Positions 38,420 to 47,194 of a DNA stretch of 64,000 bases are shown in pieces (within the stretch, counting starts at the first letter, position 1; every line of letters starts with the position of its first letter). Source of the stretch: Oscillospiraceae bacterium. Lineage in GTDB: Bacteria; Bacillota; Clostridia; Oscillospirales; UBA929. The translations under genes were made by a program, and so were the position numbers. The notes beneath the pieces were generated by a model that did not search any database, was not told the DNA's origin, and was given only the letters and a program-made list of their open reading frames with translations. The stretch is from assembly GCA_009780275.1 (NCBI GenBank), contig WRAI01000008.1:337-64336 (forward strand). The letters are read 5' to 3'.

Positions 38420-39208
38420 TTAAAACGCCACAAATGACAGCTGCCCATCTGTGAAACGACTAAGGCGTGTAAAACCGACCTCGCGCAACAACGCCTGCCC
38501 CGCCTGCAAGTTGGCACCCACACGGTCGGCTGTATGCGCGTCGGAGCCGATGGTAATAATCTCACCGCCGCATTCACGATACAATTTTAGCAATGGCAAA
38601 TCGGGATGAGTACGGTTGCCTTGTTCAGGCCTATCCATGCCGGCTACGTTGAGCTCAATGCCCAAGCCCTTATCGATGACCACGTTGAACAACTCGACAA
38701 TCCGCGGATAATAGCGCGTAAAGTCAATGTTGAGTTCCTTAGGGATATACCGCAATGGATATGTCAAATGTCCCAATACCGAAAATTTGCCCCAAGCCAC
38801 CAGTTCAAACAACTCATCGACATACAAATTCAGCACCTCATACGCTGACTCAGCACAATTAAAGGTGAGAAAATAAAAATCAAGGGCAAGTTTCAAGTTG
38901 TGAAGTGAGCCGATGGTAAATTCCGGCTGATAGTCACGCATCAATGCATCAGCAGCACTGAGGTCATGGTGCGCCTGTCCCAACTCCATGCCTCGCACAA
39001 GCGACACATCTGGATATAAGGCGCGCACGCGCTCAAATTCTTTTTCTGTAACCAAACAGTCGCTTTCCGGCTTTTGTCCACACAAATCAATGTGGTCGGT
39101 AATGGCAAGCTCGGCAACGCCAGCATTTCGTGCGGCTTGTGCCATGGCGTCAAGACTGTCGCGCCCATCAAACGAAGCAGCTGTATGGGTATGGTAATCG
39201 TAAAGCAT
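38420..39208 (-). CDS. PHP-family histidinol-phosphatase-like protein
   Basis: MLYDYHTHTAASFDG..., ITDHID. The start is set at ATG 39208 after GGAGGA. The track ORF extends to 39313. Confidence 0.75.
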   Translation of the reverse strand: MLYDYHTHTAASFDGRDSLDAMAQAARNAGVAELAITDHIDLCGQKPESDCLVTEKEFERVRALYPDVSLVRGMELGQAHHDLSAADALMRDYQPEFTIGSLHNLKLALDFYFLTFNCAESAYEVLNLYVDELFELVAWGKFSVLGHLTYPLRYIPKELNIDFTRYYPRIVELFNVVIDKGLGIELNVAGMDRPEQGNRTHPDLPLLKLYRECGGEIITIGSDAHTADRVGANLQAGQALLREVGFTRLSRFTDGQLSFVAF

Positions 39209-39377
39209 ATATCCTCCATGCAGAGCGCAATATCTCCATTGCGCTGCAAATTGTGCTACACCCAGTATACGGCAAACACAGTCAGAATTCAAGTGCTTTT
39301 TAGCCATTGACATTTGATGAATGCTCGTGTATAGTAGGTATAGCGTTCTAAATTAAATTATGAAAAGAGGAAACCCC

Positions 39378-39803
39378 ATGAAAACAAAACGTATCGGTGC
39401 GGCTCTTATCGCTGTCGCACTTGTCGCGATGTTACTCTTAACCGCCTGCGGCGGCGGTGGCTCCAGCACAAGCCTCAGCGGCACATTCTCCGACGACTTG
39501 GGCGAGATTTCGGTTACATTCAGCGGACAGAACAACATCGAAATCACAGAGTACGGCTTTACTGTTTCAGGTACATACCGTTTGAATGACGGCGTCATTA
39601 CTGTTTCAGTCAGCCGTTCTGCAGTGCGCGCCGCGATGGAAGCCCAAATGGAAGAAATGGAACTTTCACTGGAAGAGTTTGCCGACGAAATTGAAGAAGA
39701 GCTTGACCTCATCATGGAAGAGTTTGCCGAAATGGAACTCATTTGGGATGAAGATGCCGACACCATCGACTTTGAAGGCTTCGTTACCCTTACAAGAGAC
39801 TAA
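39378..39803 (+). CDS. Small acidic lipoprotein
   Basis: Lipobox LLLTAC. ATG 39378 follows AGAGGA. The C-terminus is E-rich. Confidence 0.65.
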   Translation: MKTKRIGAALIAVALVAMLLLTACGGGGSSTSLSGTFSDDLGEISVTFSGQNNIEITEYGFTVSGTYRLNDGVITVSVSRSAVRAAMEAQMEEMELSLEEFADEIEEELDLIMEEFAEMELIWDEDADTIDFEGFVTLTRD

Positions 39804-39815
39804 TATAGTATACTC

Positions 39816-39845
39816 AAAGGGACGGCATTTTCCGTCCCTTTTTTA
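39816..39845. terminator. Bidirectional terminator between convergent genes
   Basis: AAAGGGACGG-CATTT-TCCGTCCCTTTTTT. Confidence 0.7.
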
Positions 39846-39856
39846 TTTGCATGAAC

Positions 39857-40789
39857 TCACGCCGCATCTTCTTGCAATAACAGTGCCCAATAATCGTCAA
39901 TCATTTGCTGGATTTCAGCATCCGGTGTCACGCCCTCTACTGAAAGTAACCTGCCGTCAAAATCCTGTAAAGTCCAAACTCCATATACTCTTGCAAACGT
40001 AAGATCCAGCTGCCCTAAATAATGATTCTGCTCACCGCCGGCCTGCACAATTGGAATTCTGCGCTCGCCATCACGGACAATCTCGGGCTCATGGAGCGCT
40101 AAATGGTTATCTCCGCCAATAATCGCACTGACTGAGCGCATGGTCCTGTCCAGCTCAATGCCCGCGTGCGAGAGCACAATATGGATATCAGCTCTGTCGT
40201 TCGTCTCCTCCACTATTTGCAAAACAGTCTGTGCCGGATCCAAAAAGGTATAACGGCTGGTAAACTCAAAGCCTCGATCCCAAGGCTTTGGGGATGTCAC
40301 ACCAATAATGGCTACATCCACGCCCTGCACATCAAGAATAATGTACGGCAAAAAGCCTTCCACAAACGCACCGTCCAACATCACATTGCCTAACAATACA
40401 GGAAACTCAGCATGCTGCAAAATAGTGTGCTGCGAAATATAGCGCAATTCATCATCAACCCGCGGAAATTCATTATTGCCAAACACAAGAGCATCGTACC
40501 CCATGGCGTTCATAACACTAATTTCCGCCACACCGTTCCATGCTTCAAAAGGCCCGCGCCTATAGATATCTCCACCATCCAACAGCAACACATTTTCCGT
40601 TTCAGCACGGATTTCATTAATCAAAGTCGCATATTGCGGCACATCAAACAATACACCGTGCCAATCGTTGGTATGCAGGATGGTAAGATGAAATGTCTCC
40701 TGCTCTCCACTGCACCCGGCTGAAAACACCGCAAGCATTATCATGCAGAGCATTAAAACGGTTATTTTCTTCAGCTTCATGGTTTGCAC
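39857..40789 (-). CDS. Metallophosphoesterase / 5'-nucleotidase-like lipoprotein
   Basis: Lipobox FSAGC. Calcineurin-like motifs HTNDWHG, GGDIYRRG, GNNEF. Confidence 0.78.
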   Translation of the reverse strand: MQTMKLKKITVLMLCMIMLAVFSAGCSGEQETFHLTILHTNDWHGVLFDVPQYATLINEIRAETENVLLLDGGDIYRRGPFEAWNGVAEISVMNAMGYDALVFGNNEFPRVDDELRYISQHTILQHAEFPVLLGNVMLDGAFVEGFLPYIILDVQGVDVAIIGVTSPKPWDRGFEFTSRYTFLDPAQTVLQIVEETNDRADIHIVLSHAGIELDRTMRSVSAIIGGDNHLALHEPEIVRDGERRIPIVQAGGEQNHYLGQLDLTFARVYGVWTLQDFDGRLLSVEGVTPDAEIQQMIDDYWALLLQEDAA

Positions 40790-40808
40790 ATCCTTTTTTA
40801 TTGTTCTC

Positions 40809-43220
40809 TTACCCCATCACAACCGTCACATCACACACGCAGCCGTTGTCGCAAGGCGTAATTTTATCAACTTCCTGCCCGTTGACCAAAATTTTGACAA
40901 CGCCTTTTTCTACACCGTTTGGGTTTTCAACGGTGATGTTATACGTTGCGCCGCGCCAACGGCGTGTTGCGGTAAAGCCTTTCCAGTCAGCGGGAACACA
41001 CGGGTCAATCGTCAAGCAATCATACCCCGGGCGAACGCCGACCATGTAATGCGTTGCCGCAAAATACGCCCAGCCGCCCGAACCTGTCATCCACGGGTGC
41101 CGCGCGCGGCCGTGCGCCGTGTGGTCTTTGCCCATGACGAACTGGCAGTACATATACGGCTCGGCTTGACGGATGTCAATCATTTCATTTTGGCGCGACG
41201 GTAATAACGCGTCGTAGAATTTCATTGCGCGTTCGCCGCGTCCCAGCATGGCTTCTGCGACCCACGCCCACGGGTTTGGGTGGCTGAAAATTGCGCCGTT
41301 TTCTTTTACGCCGGGATACACGCGCGTCATGTAGCCAATGTCGTCGTCTGGCACTGTAAACGACGGCGCGTTGAGCATTAAGCCCCACGGTGTATAGAGC
41401 CATTCGTCGACCGAGTCCATGCACGACAAGGCGTGTTCGCGCGGTGCAACGCCCGAAATAACCGCCCATGTGTTCGATTCCATATGCACTTTTCCCTCGG
41501 CGGACTGCTGTGTGCCGATTTTCAAGCCGTTTTTGGTAATGCCGCGGGCGTACCATTTGCCGTCCCACAATTCTTTTTCGCAGGCAACAACAACTTTGTT
41601 GCGCATGGCTGTATATTTCGCCAAGTCGTCGGTTTTCCCTGTAAACTGGCATAACTCAATAAAGTAATTCAACGCCCATGCGTGCAAGAAGCTAACCATA
41701 GCACTTTCGCCGCCGCCTAAGTTGAGGCAGTCGTTCCAGTCGGCGCGCAAGCCTTTGCAAATGCCGGTTTGTCCGACTTGCTCGGCAGAGAAATCCAAAA
41801 TTTTGGTCAAATGTTCGTACACCGAACCGCTAATATCATTGCCGCTGGCGTTTTCCGCGTAACCAACAACTTCGTCCAGCAACGAAATTTCGCCTGTTTC
41901 CTTGATATACTCGCAAATGGCAGCCACCAACCACAGCGCTGAATCAGCGGTTGTGTCACGCAAATCTTCGCGGATTAAGTTGCCCATATCGGGTTCCGGT
42001 TTGACAGTCGGCGATTTTGCAGGCACTTTGCGCTCGCCTTTGGGCTTAAACCACTCCGGCTCGAACAAATGCAATCCCCAGCCGCGTGTTGTTAAGGCTT
42101 GCAGCAGTTCCATAATACGCGAACGGCATTTTTCGGGGTTTGAATGCGGGATACACATCGCGTCCTGCGCCGTATCGCGGTAGCCGAGACCTGTACGCCC
42201 GCCAACCTCGATAAACGATGCAAATCGCGAGAACATCACGTTGATTTCGCTTTGATACAGCGTCCATGTGTTCAGCATGGTGTTCATGCCGTCGTGCGGC
42301 GTGTTGATTTGCAGTGCGCCCAGCTTATCTTCCCAGAATTTCGCCAAATCGGCACGGGCAGCATCAAGCGCTTGCGGGCAAGAATACTTTTCGCGAATGG
42401 GTGCGCCTTCTTCGCGTTTGCCGTTGCCAATCATGAACGAAAAGCGTTTGCTTTCGCCGGGGGCGATGGTGATTTTTTTGTGCAACCCCATGCAATGGTT
42501 GCCTGTTTTTTCAAACGAATTTGTGCACTCGCCTTTTTCGACGGCAATCGGGTTGCGCTCGTCGTGCCAAACGCCTAAGAAGTTGTCGCGCAAACAATCA
42601 AAACTGTCCGGCTCAAAGCAAGCCGCCGCCCATTGGTAGCCGTCGGGGTCGTAGAACAGGTCGAGTTCAATCATGCCGTCGGCATAGCTGCTGCCGCTGC
42701 AATAGTTGGACATTTGAAAGTTTTGGTTGTCAAAATCAATGTGATTGTAGCTGAATTCGGCATAACCGAACAGCGAGAATTCGCGCGGCTTGTCCGTCGT
42801 GTTTTCCACCGTTACATCCATAATATAAACATCGTCACCGCGCGGAATAAAGTTGGTTTGCGTGGCTTTAATGCCTTTGTACTCGCACTCGTAAGTCGAG
42901 TACGACAACCCGTGGCGGCACAAATATTTCGCTTGGTCAAGCGGCTTGCCAACCGGCTGCCATGAAACTGACCAGTAATCACCATCAGCGTTATCACGCA
43001 GATACACGTAATGCCCGGGTCTGTCCAGCGGTGTACCGTTGGGGCGGAAGCGCGTAATGCGATGGTACTGCGGCGATTCGTAGAACAAGTAGCCGCCTGA
43101 TGTATGGTTAAGCACCGCACACATTTTTTCTACACCAATGTAGTTTGTCCACGACACGGGCACGTCCATGCGGTCGATAACGTATTCGCGCCGCGCGTCA
43201 TCAAAATAGCCATATTTCAT
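40809..43220 (-). CDS. GH94 cellobiose/cellodextrin phosphorylase
   Basis: 803 aa. The N-terminus MKYGYFDDARREYVI...WTNYIG and overall length and pattern are typical of cellobiose phosphorylases. Confidence 0.8.
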   Translation of the reverse strand: MKYGYFDDARREYVIDRMDVPVSWTNYIGVEKMCAVLNHTSGGYLFYESPQYHRITRFRPNGTPLDRPGHYVYLRDNADGDYWSVSWQPVGKPLDQAKYLCRHGLSYSTYECEYKGIKATQTNFIPRGDDVYIMDVTVENTTDKPREFSLFGYAEFSYNHIDFDNQNFQMSNYCSGSSYADGMIELDLFYDPDGYQWAAACFEPDSFDCLRDNFLGVWHDERNPIAVEKGECTNSFEKTGNHCMGLHKKITIAPGESKRFSFMIGNGKREEGAPIREKYSCPQALDAARADLAKFWEDKLGALQINTPHDGMNTMLNTWTLYQSEINVMFSRFASFIEVGGRTGLGYRDTAQDAMCIPHSNPEKCRSRIMELLQALTTRGWGLHLFEPEWFKPKGERKVPAKSPTVKPEPDMGNLIREDLRDTTADSALWLVAAICEYIKETGEISLLDEVVGYAENASGNDISGSVYEHLTKILDFSAEQVGQTGICKGLRADWNDCLNLGGGESAMVSFLHAWALNYFIELCQFTGKTDDLAKYTAMRNKVVVACEKELWDGKWYARGITKNGLKIGTQQSAEGKVHMESNTWAVISGVAPREHALSCMDSVDEWLYTPWGLMLNAPSFTVPDDDIGYMTRVYPGVKENGAIFSHPNPWAWVAEAMLGRGERAMKFYDALLPSRQNEMIDIRQAEPYMYCQFVMGKDHTAHGRARHPWMTGSGGWAYFAATHYMVGVRPGYDCLTIDPCVPADWKGFTATRRWRGATYNITVENPNGVEKGVVKILVNGQEVDKITPCDNGCVCDVTVVMG

Positions 43221-43239
43221 TGAAAAGTCCTCCGTTTGT

Positions 43240-44346
43240 TTATTTTATCTCCTTAATTGCCTTTACCAGTCCATCAATATCCTCACGCATTGTACCACAC
43301 CCAAATGAAATTCGCAATGCCGACGTAACAATTTCCGGCGGCAATTTCATATCGACAAGCAACTGTTGCCGCTTGCCTTTATTGCAAGCCGTGCCTGATG
43401 AAATGTAAACGCCTTTGTCGGACAGCTTGCGAACCAACACTTCACCGGGCAACGGGGGCAACGCAAAGGCGATGATGTGCGGGGCTTCATGTGGAGGGAT
43501 AATTGTTAGGTTTGGGATGGTTCTTAATTGTTGCAGGGCATAGTTTTTCAAATCTGTGTAGGGGCGGCATTCTGCCGCCCACGGCTCACCCATTGCGTCA
43601 TTTATCATGCACGGGCGGCAGAATGCCGCCCCTACGAAATCCACCGCCACACCAAACGCCGCAATGCCCGATACATTCTCAGTCCCCCGCGGCTCCAAAT
43701 TCTGCATTCTACATTCTGCATTCTGCATTACAATCGCCCCTATCCCCTTCGGCGCGCCAATCTTATGCCCGCTTATGCTCAATGTATGCGGTAATTTCGG
43801 CAACGCAATCTTACCAAACGCCTGCACAGCATCACAATGCACCCATGCATCGGGGCTGCGCTCCTTGGCAAGCGTAAACAATAATTCCGTGTCCGGGACA
43901 GATCCATTTTCGCTGCATACTGCTGTGCAGTTGACCAGCACCGTATCAGCCGTCAATGCCGCCGCAAACTCTTCGGGGTCAATGCCGCCGCTACGTGTTG
44001 GCGGTACGATGGTCAGCGTAAAGCCTTTGGATTTATAGGCATTAAGTTGCGTCGTCACGCTCGGATGTTCGAGTGCAGTCGAAACAATATGCCCGCCGCG
44101 TTTCAACACTGACTGAAACACCAACGCATTGCTCGCTGTGCCGCCCGATGTATATATTATGCAATCAGGCGTACAGCCAACTGCACGGGCAATACGATCA
44201 CTCGCCGCATGAATATATTGCGCCGCACGGACGCCCATAGCGTGTAAACTGGACGGATTGCCATAATTAACCGTCATGGCTTCAAGCGCGATTTCGGCGG
44301 CTTGCGGCAGAACAGGAGTGGTTGCAGCGTGGTCGAGATAAATCAT
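43240..44346 (-). CDS. NifS/IscS-like class V aminotransferase (cysteine desulfurase-like), atypical: in-frame repeat insertions, GGGQExG motif missing
   Basis: IYLDHAATTP, PLP lysine SGHKIGAPKG, SSGTAC active-site Cys region. The internal segments MQNAECRMQN and GAAFCRPCMINDAMGEPWAAECRPY are encoded by repeats. Confidence 0.75.
   Translation of the reverse strand: MIYLDHAATTPVLPQAAEIALEAMTVNYGNPSSLHAMGVRAAQYIHAASDRIARAVGCTPDCIIYTSGGTASNALVFQSVLKRGGHIVSTALEHPSVTTQLNAYKSKGFTLTIVPPTRSGGIDPEEFAAALTADTVLVNCTAVCSENGSVPDTELLFTLAKERSPDAWVHCDAVQAFGKIALPKLPHTLSISGHKIGAPKGIGAIVMQNAECRMQNLEPRGTENVSGIAAFGVAVDFVGAAFCRPCMINDAMGEPWAAECRPYTDLKNYALQQLRTIPNLTIIPPHEAPHIIAFALPPLPGEVLVRKLSDKGVYISSGTACNKGKRQQLLVDMKLPPEIVTSALRISFGCGTMREDIDGLVKAIKEIK
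43558..43635. repeat. 78-bp palindromic element (23-bp perfect inverted arms, each itself a hairpin) inside the nifS-like CDS
   Basis: GTAGGGGCGGCATTCTGCCGCCC (43558-43580) and its exact reverse complement (43613-43635). The length is 26 codons. Confidence 0.85.
43699..43729. repeat. Heptamer tandem repeat ATTCTGC/ATTCTAC x4.4 inside the nifS-like CDS
   Basis: ATTCTGC ATTCTAC ATTCTGC ATTCTGC ATT. The unit matches the loop region of the neighbouring palindrome arms. Confidence 0.85.
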
Positions 44347-46118
44347 GTTTTTAGCTTGATGTGCAGCTCCGCCAATTGCTCCTCATCCACCACATCGGGG
44401 CTATTCATCATCGGCTCAGCCGCCTGCTGCGTCTTGGGGAAGGCGATTACATCACGTATATTATCCGTTCCGGATAACAACATGACAAGTCTATCCAACC
44501 CAAATCCAATGCCGCCATGGGGCGGAACTCCATAGGTAAACGCCTCAATCATATGCCCAAACCGCGCTTGAATCTCCTCTTCGGGCAAGCCCAATAATTG
44601 AAACATTCGCGTCTGCACATCGGCACGGTGAATTCGAATCGAACCGCTGCACAGCTCATAGCCATTGATGACTAAATCGTAAGCCTTTGCCCGCGTTGCG
44701 CCTAAATCGCTGTCCAGCAAAGCAACATCCTCATCCATTGGCGCGGTGAACGGGTGGTGCATGGCAACATGCCGCCCCGCCTCCTCGTTGTACTCAAACA
44801 GCGGGAATTCGGTAATCCATACCGGCGTGAATTCATCGGGCTTGCATAGATTCAACCGCTTGGCACACTCAACACGCAAGCAACCGAGCAGGTGCTTGAC
44901 TTGTGCGTCATCTTCGCTTGAAATGACAAGCAGTACGTCGCCGTCTTGAAAGTTTGTTTTTGTATAAATGGCTTGCAATTCGCTCTCATTCAATTGCTTG
45001 GCAAAGCTCGACGACATCTCGCCATTCGCCATTTTAAGCCACGCCAAACCGCCCGCACCAATGCCTTTGGCGTAAGCGGTGATATTATCCATGTCCTTGC
45101 GCGACCAATTTGCCGCTTGCCCGTCAACCTTGATGGCACGAACACTGCCACCATTTTTTACGGCGTTGGCAAAAACAACAAAGGCTGTGTCTTTCACACA
45201 CTCGGAGAGGTTGATGATTTCCATGCCATAGCGCAAATCGGGCTTGTCACTGCCATATCGTTCGACAGCTTCATGCCACGTCATGCGCGGGAAATCGGGT
45301 AGCGTCACGTCAATTGTATCGGAAAACACGGCTTTAATCATGCGCTCATTCATGTCCAACACGTCATCAATATCAACAAACGACATTTCGGCGTCAATCT
45401 GTGTAAAATCGGGTTGCCTATCGGCGCGCAAGTCCTCGTCACGGAAACAACGCGCGATTTGAAAATACCGCCCAATGCCGCCCACCATTAGCAATTGCTT
45501 ATACTGCTGCGGCGACTGGGGCAACGCGTAAAACTTGCCCGGGTGTAAGCGTGACGGCACGAGGTAATCGCGTGCGCCTTCGGGTGTTGATTTTGTCAAA
45601 ATCGGCGTTTCGACCTCGATAAAGCCCTCGTCGTCATAGAATTTGCGAATAGCCATCGTTGCCTTGTGCCGCAACTGCAAATTCTTCTGCAACGGCGCAC
45701 GGCGCAAGTCGAGGTAGCGGTATTTCAGCCTCAACAATTCACCTGCGTCGCTGTCATCGAGAATTTCAAACGGCGGGGTTTCTGATTTGGAAAATACCGT
45801 CAAACTTATCGCTTGCACTTCAATTTCACCGGTCGGCAAGTCTTTGTTGACATCCCGCTCGCCGCGTTGGTTGACAACGCCCGTTACGGCAACGCACCAT
45901 TCTCCACGCAACGCCGAGGCTTGGGCAAACAGTTCAGCGTTTTCTGTTTCGTTAAACGTGCATTGCACAATGCCTGTCTTGTCGCGCAGTTGCACAAAGA
46001 GCAGTCCACCCAGATTGCGCGCACGGGCGACCCAACCGCAGAGTGTGACGGTTTGTGTTGCGTGAGCGACACGCAATGCACCGCAAGGGTGCGTGGGGGT
46101 GTGGGGGAAGTTTGGCAT
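44343..46118 (-). CDS. aspS: Aspartyl-tRNA synthetase
   Basis: Class II aaRS motifs (FRDEDLRADRQPDFTQID, GGIGFGLDRL). The start is at ATG 46118 (AAAGGA 8 nt upstream). The track's N-terminal extension is encoded by a hairpin. An ATGA overlap links it to the nifS-like gene. Confidence 0.93.
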   Translation of the reverse strand: MPNFPHTPTHPCGALRVAHATQTVTLCGWVARARNLGGLLFVQLRDKTGIVQCTFNETENAELFAQASALRGEWCVAVTGVVNQRGERDVNKDLPTGEIEVQAISLTVFSKSETPPFEILDDSDAGELLRLKYRYLDLRRAPLQKNLQLRHKATMAIRKFYDDEGFIEVETPILTKSTPEGARDYLVPSRLHPGKFYALPQSPQQYKQLLMVGGIGRYFQIARCFRDEDLRADRQPDFTQIDAEMSFVDIDDVLDMNERMIKAVFSDTIDVTLPDFPRMTWHEAVERYGSDKPDLRYGMEIINLSECVKDTAFVVFANAVKNGGSVRAIKVDGQAANWSRKDMDNITAYAKGIGAGGLAWLKMANGEMSSSFAKQLNESELQAIYTKTNFQDGDVLLVISSEDDAQVKHLLGCLRVECAKRLNLCKPDEFTPVWITEFPLFEYNEEAGRHVAMHHPFTAPMDEDVALLDSDLGATRAKAYDLVINGYELCSGSIRIHRADVQTRMFQLLGLPEEEIQARFGHMIEAFTYGVPPHGGIGFGLDRLVMLLSGTDNIRDVIAFPKTQQAAEPMMNSPDVVDEEQLAELHIKLKT

Positions 46119-46136
46119 AGTGTGTATCCTTTCGTA

Positions 46137-46159
46137 GCGGGCGAACTGCGTTCGCCCGC
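46137..46159. other. Perfect GC-rich hairpin GCGGGCGAAC-TGC-GTTCGCCCGC just upstream of aspS
   Basis: 10-bp stem, 3-nt loop. The T-run is on the plus strand only. Confidence 0.7.
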
Positions 46160-46208
46160 GTTTTATCATCTGCGAATTGGCTGCATGGCAGAAAATGCTT
46201 ATTAGTTA

Positions 46209-47135
46209 CTAAACTTTATCAAGATACCACGTTGGTATAGTATTTTGCATATTGTTTAACCAACTAAGAACATTCGCCATATAACGAATACCAATTTCGG
46301 GTTTTCCATCTGTATACATAATACATAGTTCCATCAACGCGTGATAAGCGAGGTAATAAGCTAATACTTCAAAAAAACCATGAGGCGGGTCGCCGTCAAA
46401 ATAGCCTCTTACTAACCCTGTGTTAAAATAGGGAGTAACATCGCCGATCAAATTGACGTTGAGAAATTCCATCCACGGGTCGCCGGTATCTTCTTCATAG
46501 CCCCAACAATCAAAATCAATCACGCCAATTTCACCGTTTGGCATAGCAATCAAATTAAATTTATTACAGTCGCCGTGAATAAACGTTTGCGGCCTGTCGA
46601 CAAATAAATGCTTGTTTTCCTGCAAGTAACGGACTACCAAATCCCCGCTTTCAGATTTAATGGGATTTGTATTGTAGAAGTCAATCTTGCTTTGCACCTC
46701 GCGAAGAAACCAAGCATCCCACGGTTCGGCTTTCACGGATGCAGGGAGGGTGTGCATTTTTCTGAACATCTCACCTGCCTTTAATCCCAAAACATACTGC
46801 GACTTTTCGGATAAACTCGGCAAGATAGTTTCCAAATCCTCGCCGTCAACCCATTTCATAAGTTGATAGATATTTTTTCCATTGTTGCATAAACCAAAAT
46901 CCACAGGAACGGAAAGGTTTATATCAAGCGCAGCCGCACGTTTCAGCTTAGCATATTCGCTTTTTTTGAGTCCGAGTTTATCAATGTCTGAAATACGCAG
47001 AAGCAGTTTTTCTCCATTGGTTGTTTCAATACGGTATTTTTTATCGCCAGACCACCCTTTGTTAAGTAGCTCAATTTTTACAAAAGTATCAAATCCGGGA
47101 ATGTCACGAAAAATATCCTTTTTCATCACCATCAT
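46209..47135 (-). CDS. Aminoglycoside-phosphotransferase-family (APH/ChoK-like) kinase
   Basis: Brenner motif FIHGDCNKFN and DFD motif VIDFDCWG. AT-rich relative to its neighbours. The start is ambiguous between 47126 and 47135. Confidence 0.75.
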   Translation of the reverse strand: MMVMKKDIFRDIPGFDTFVKIELLNKGWSGDKKYRIETTNGEKLLLRISDIDKLGLKKSEYAKLKRAAALDINLSVPVDFGLCNNGKNIYQLMKWVDGEDLETILPSLSEKSQYVLGLKAGEMFRKMHTLPASVKAEPWDAWFLREVQSKIDFYNTNPIKSESGDLVVRYLQENKHLFVDRPQTFIHGDCNKFNLIAMPNGEIGVIDFDCWGYEEDTGDPWMEFLNVNLIGDVTPYFNTGLVRGYFDGDPPHGFFEVLAYYLAYHALMELCIMYTDGKPEIGIRYMANVLSWLNNMQNTIPTWYLDKV

Positions 47136-47194
47136 ACCACCTAATGCAATTTATTATAGGTTCTACTAATATAAATACCCCACTATGGCCACGC

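Noticed and set aside
46137-46164. Hairpin plus GTTTT could be read as a plus-strand intrinsic terminator.
   Set aside because: No plus-strand gene points into it, since all neighbours are on the minus strand. On the minus strand it lacks a U-tail. It is kept as a structural element or REP-like hairpin rather than annotated as a terminator.
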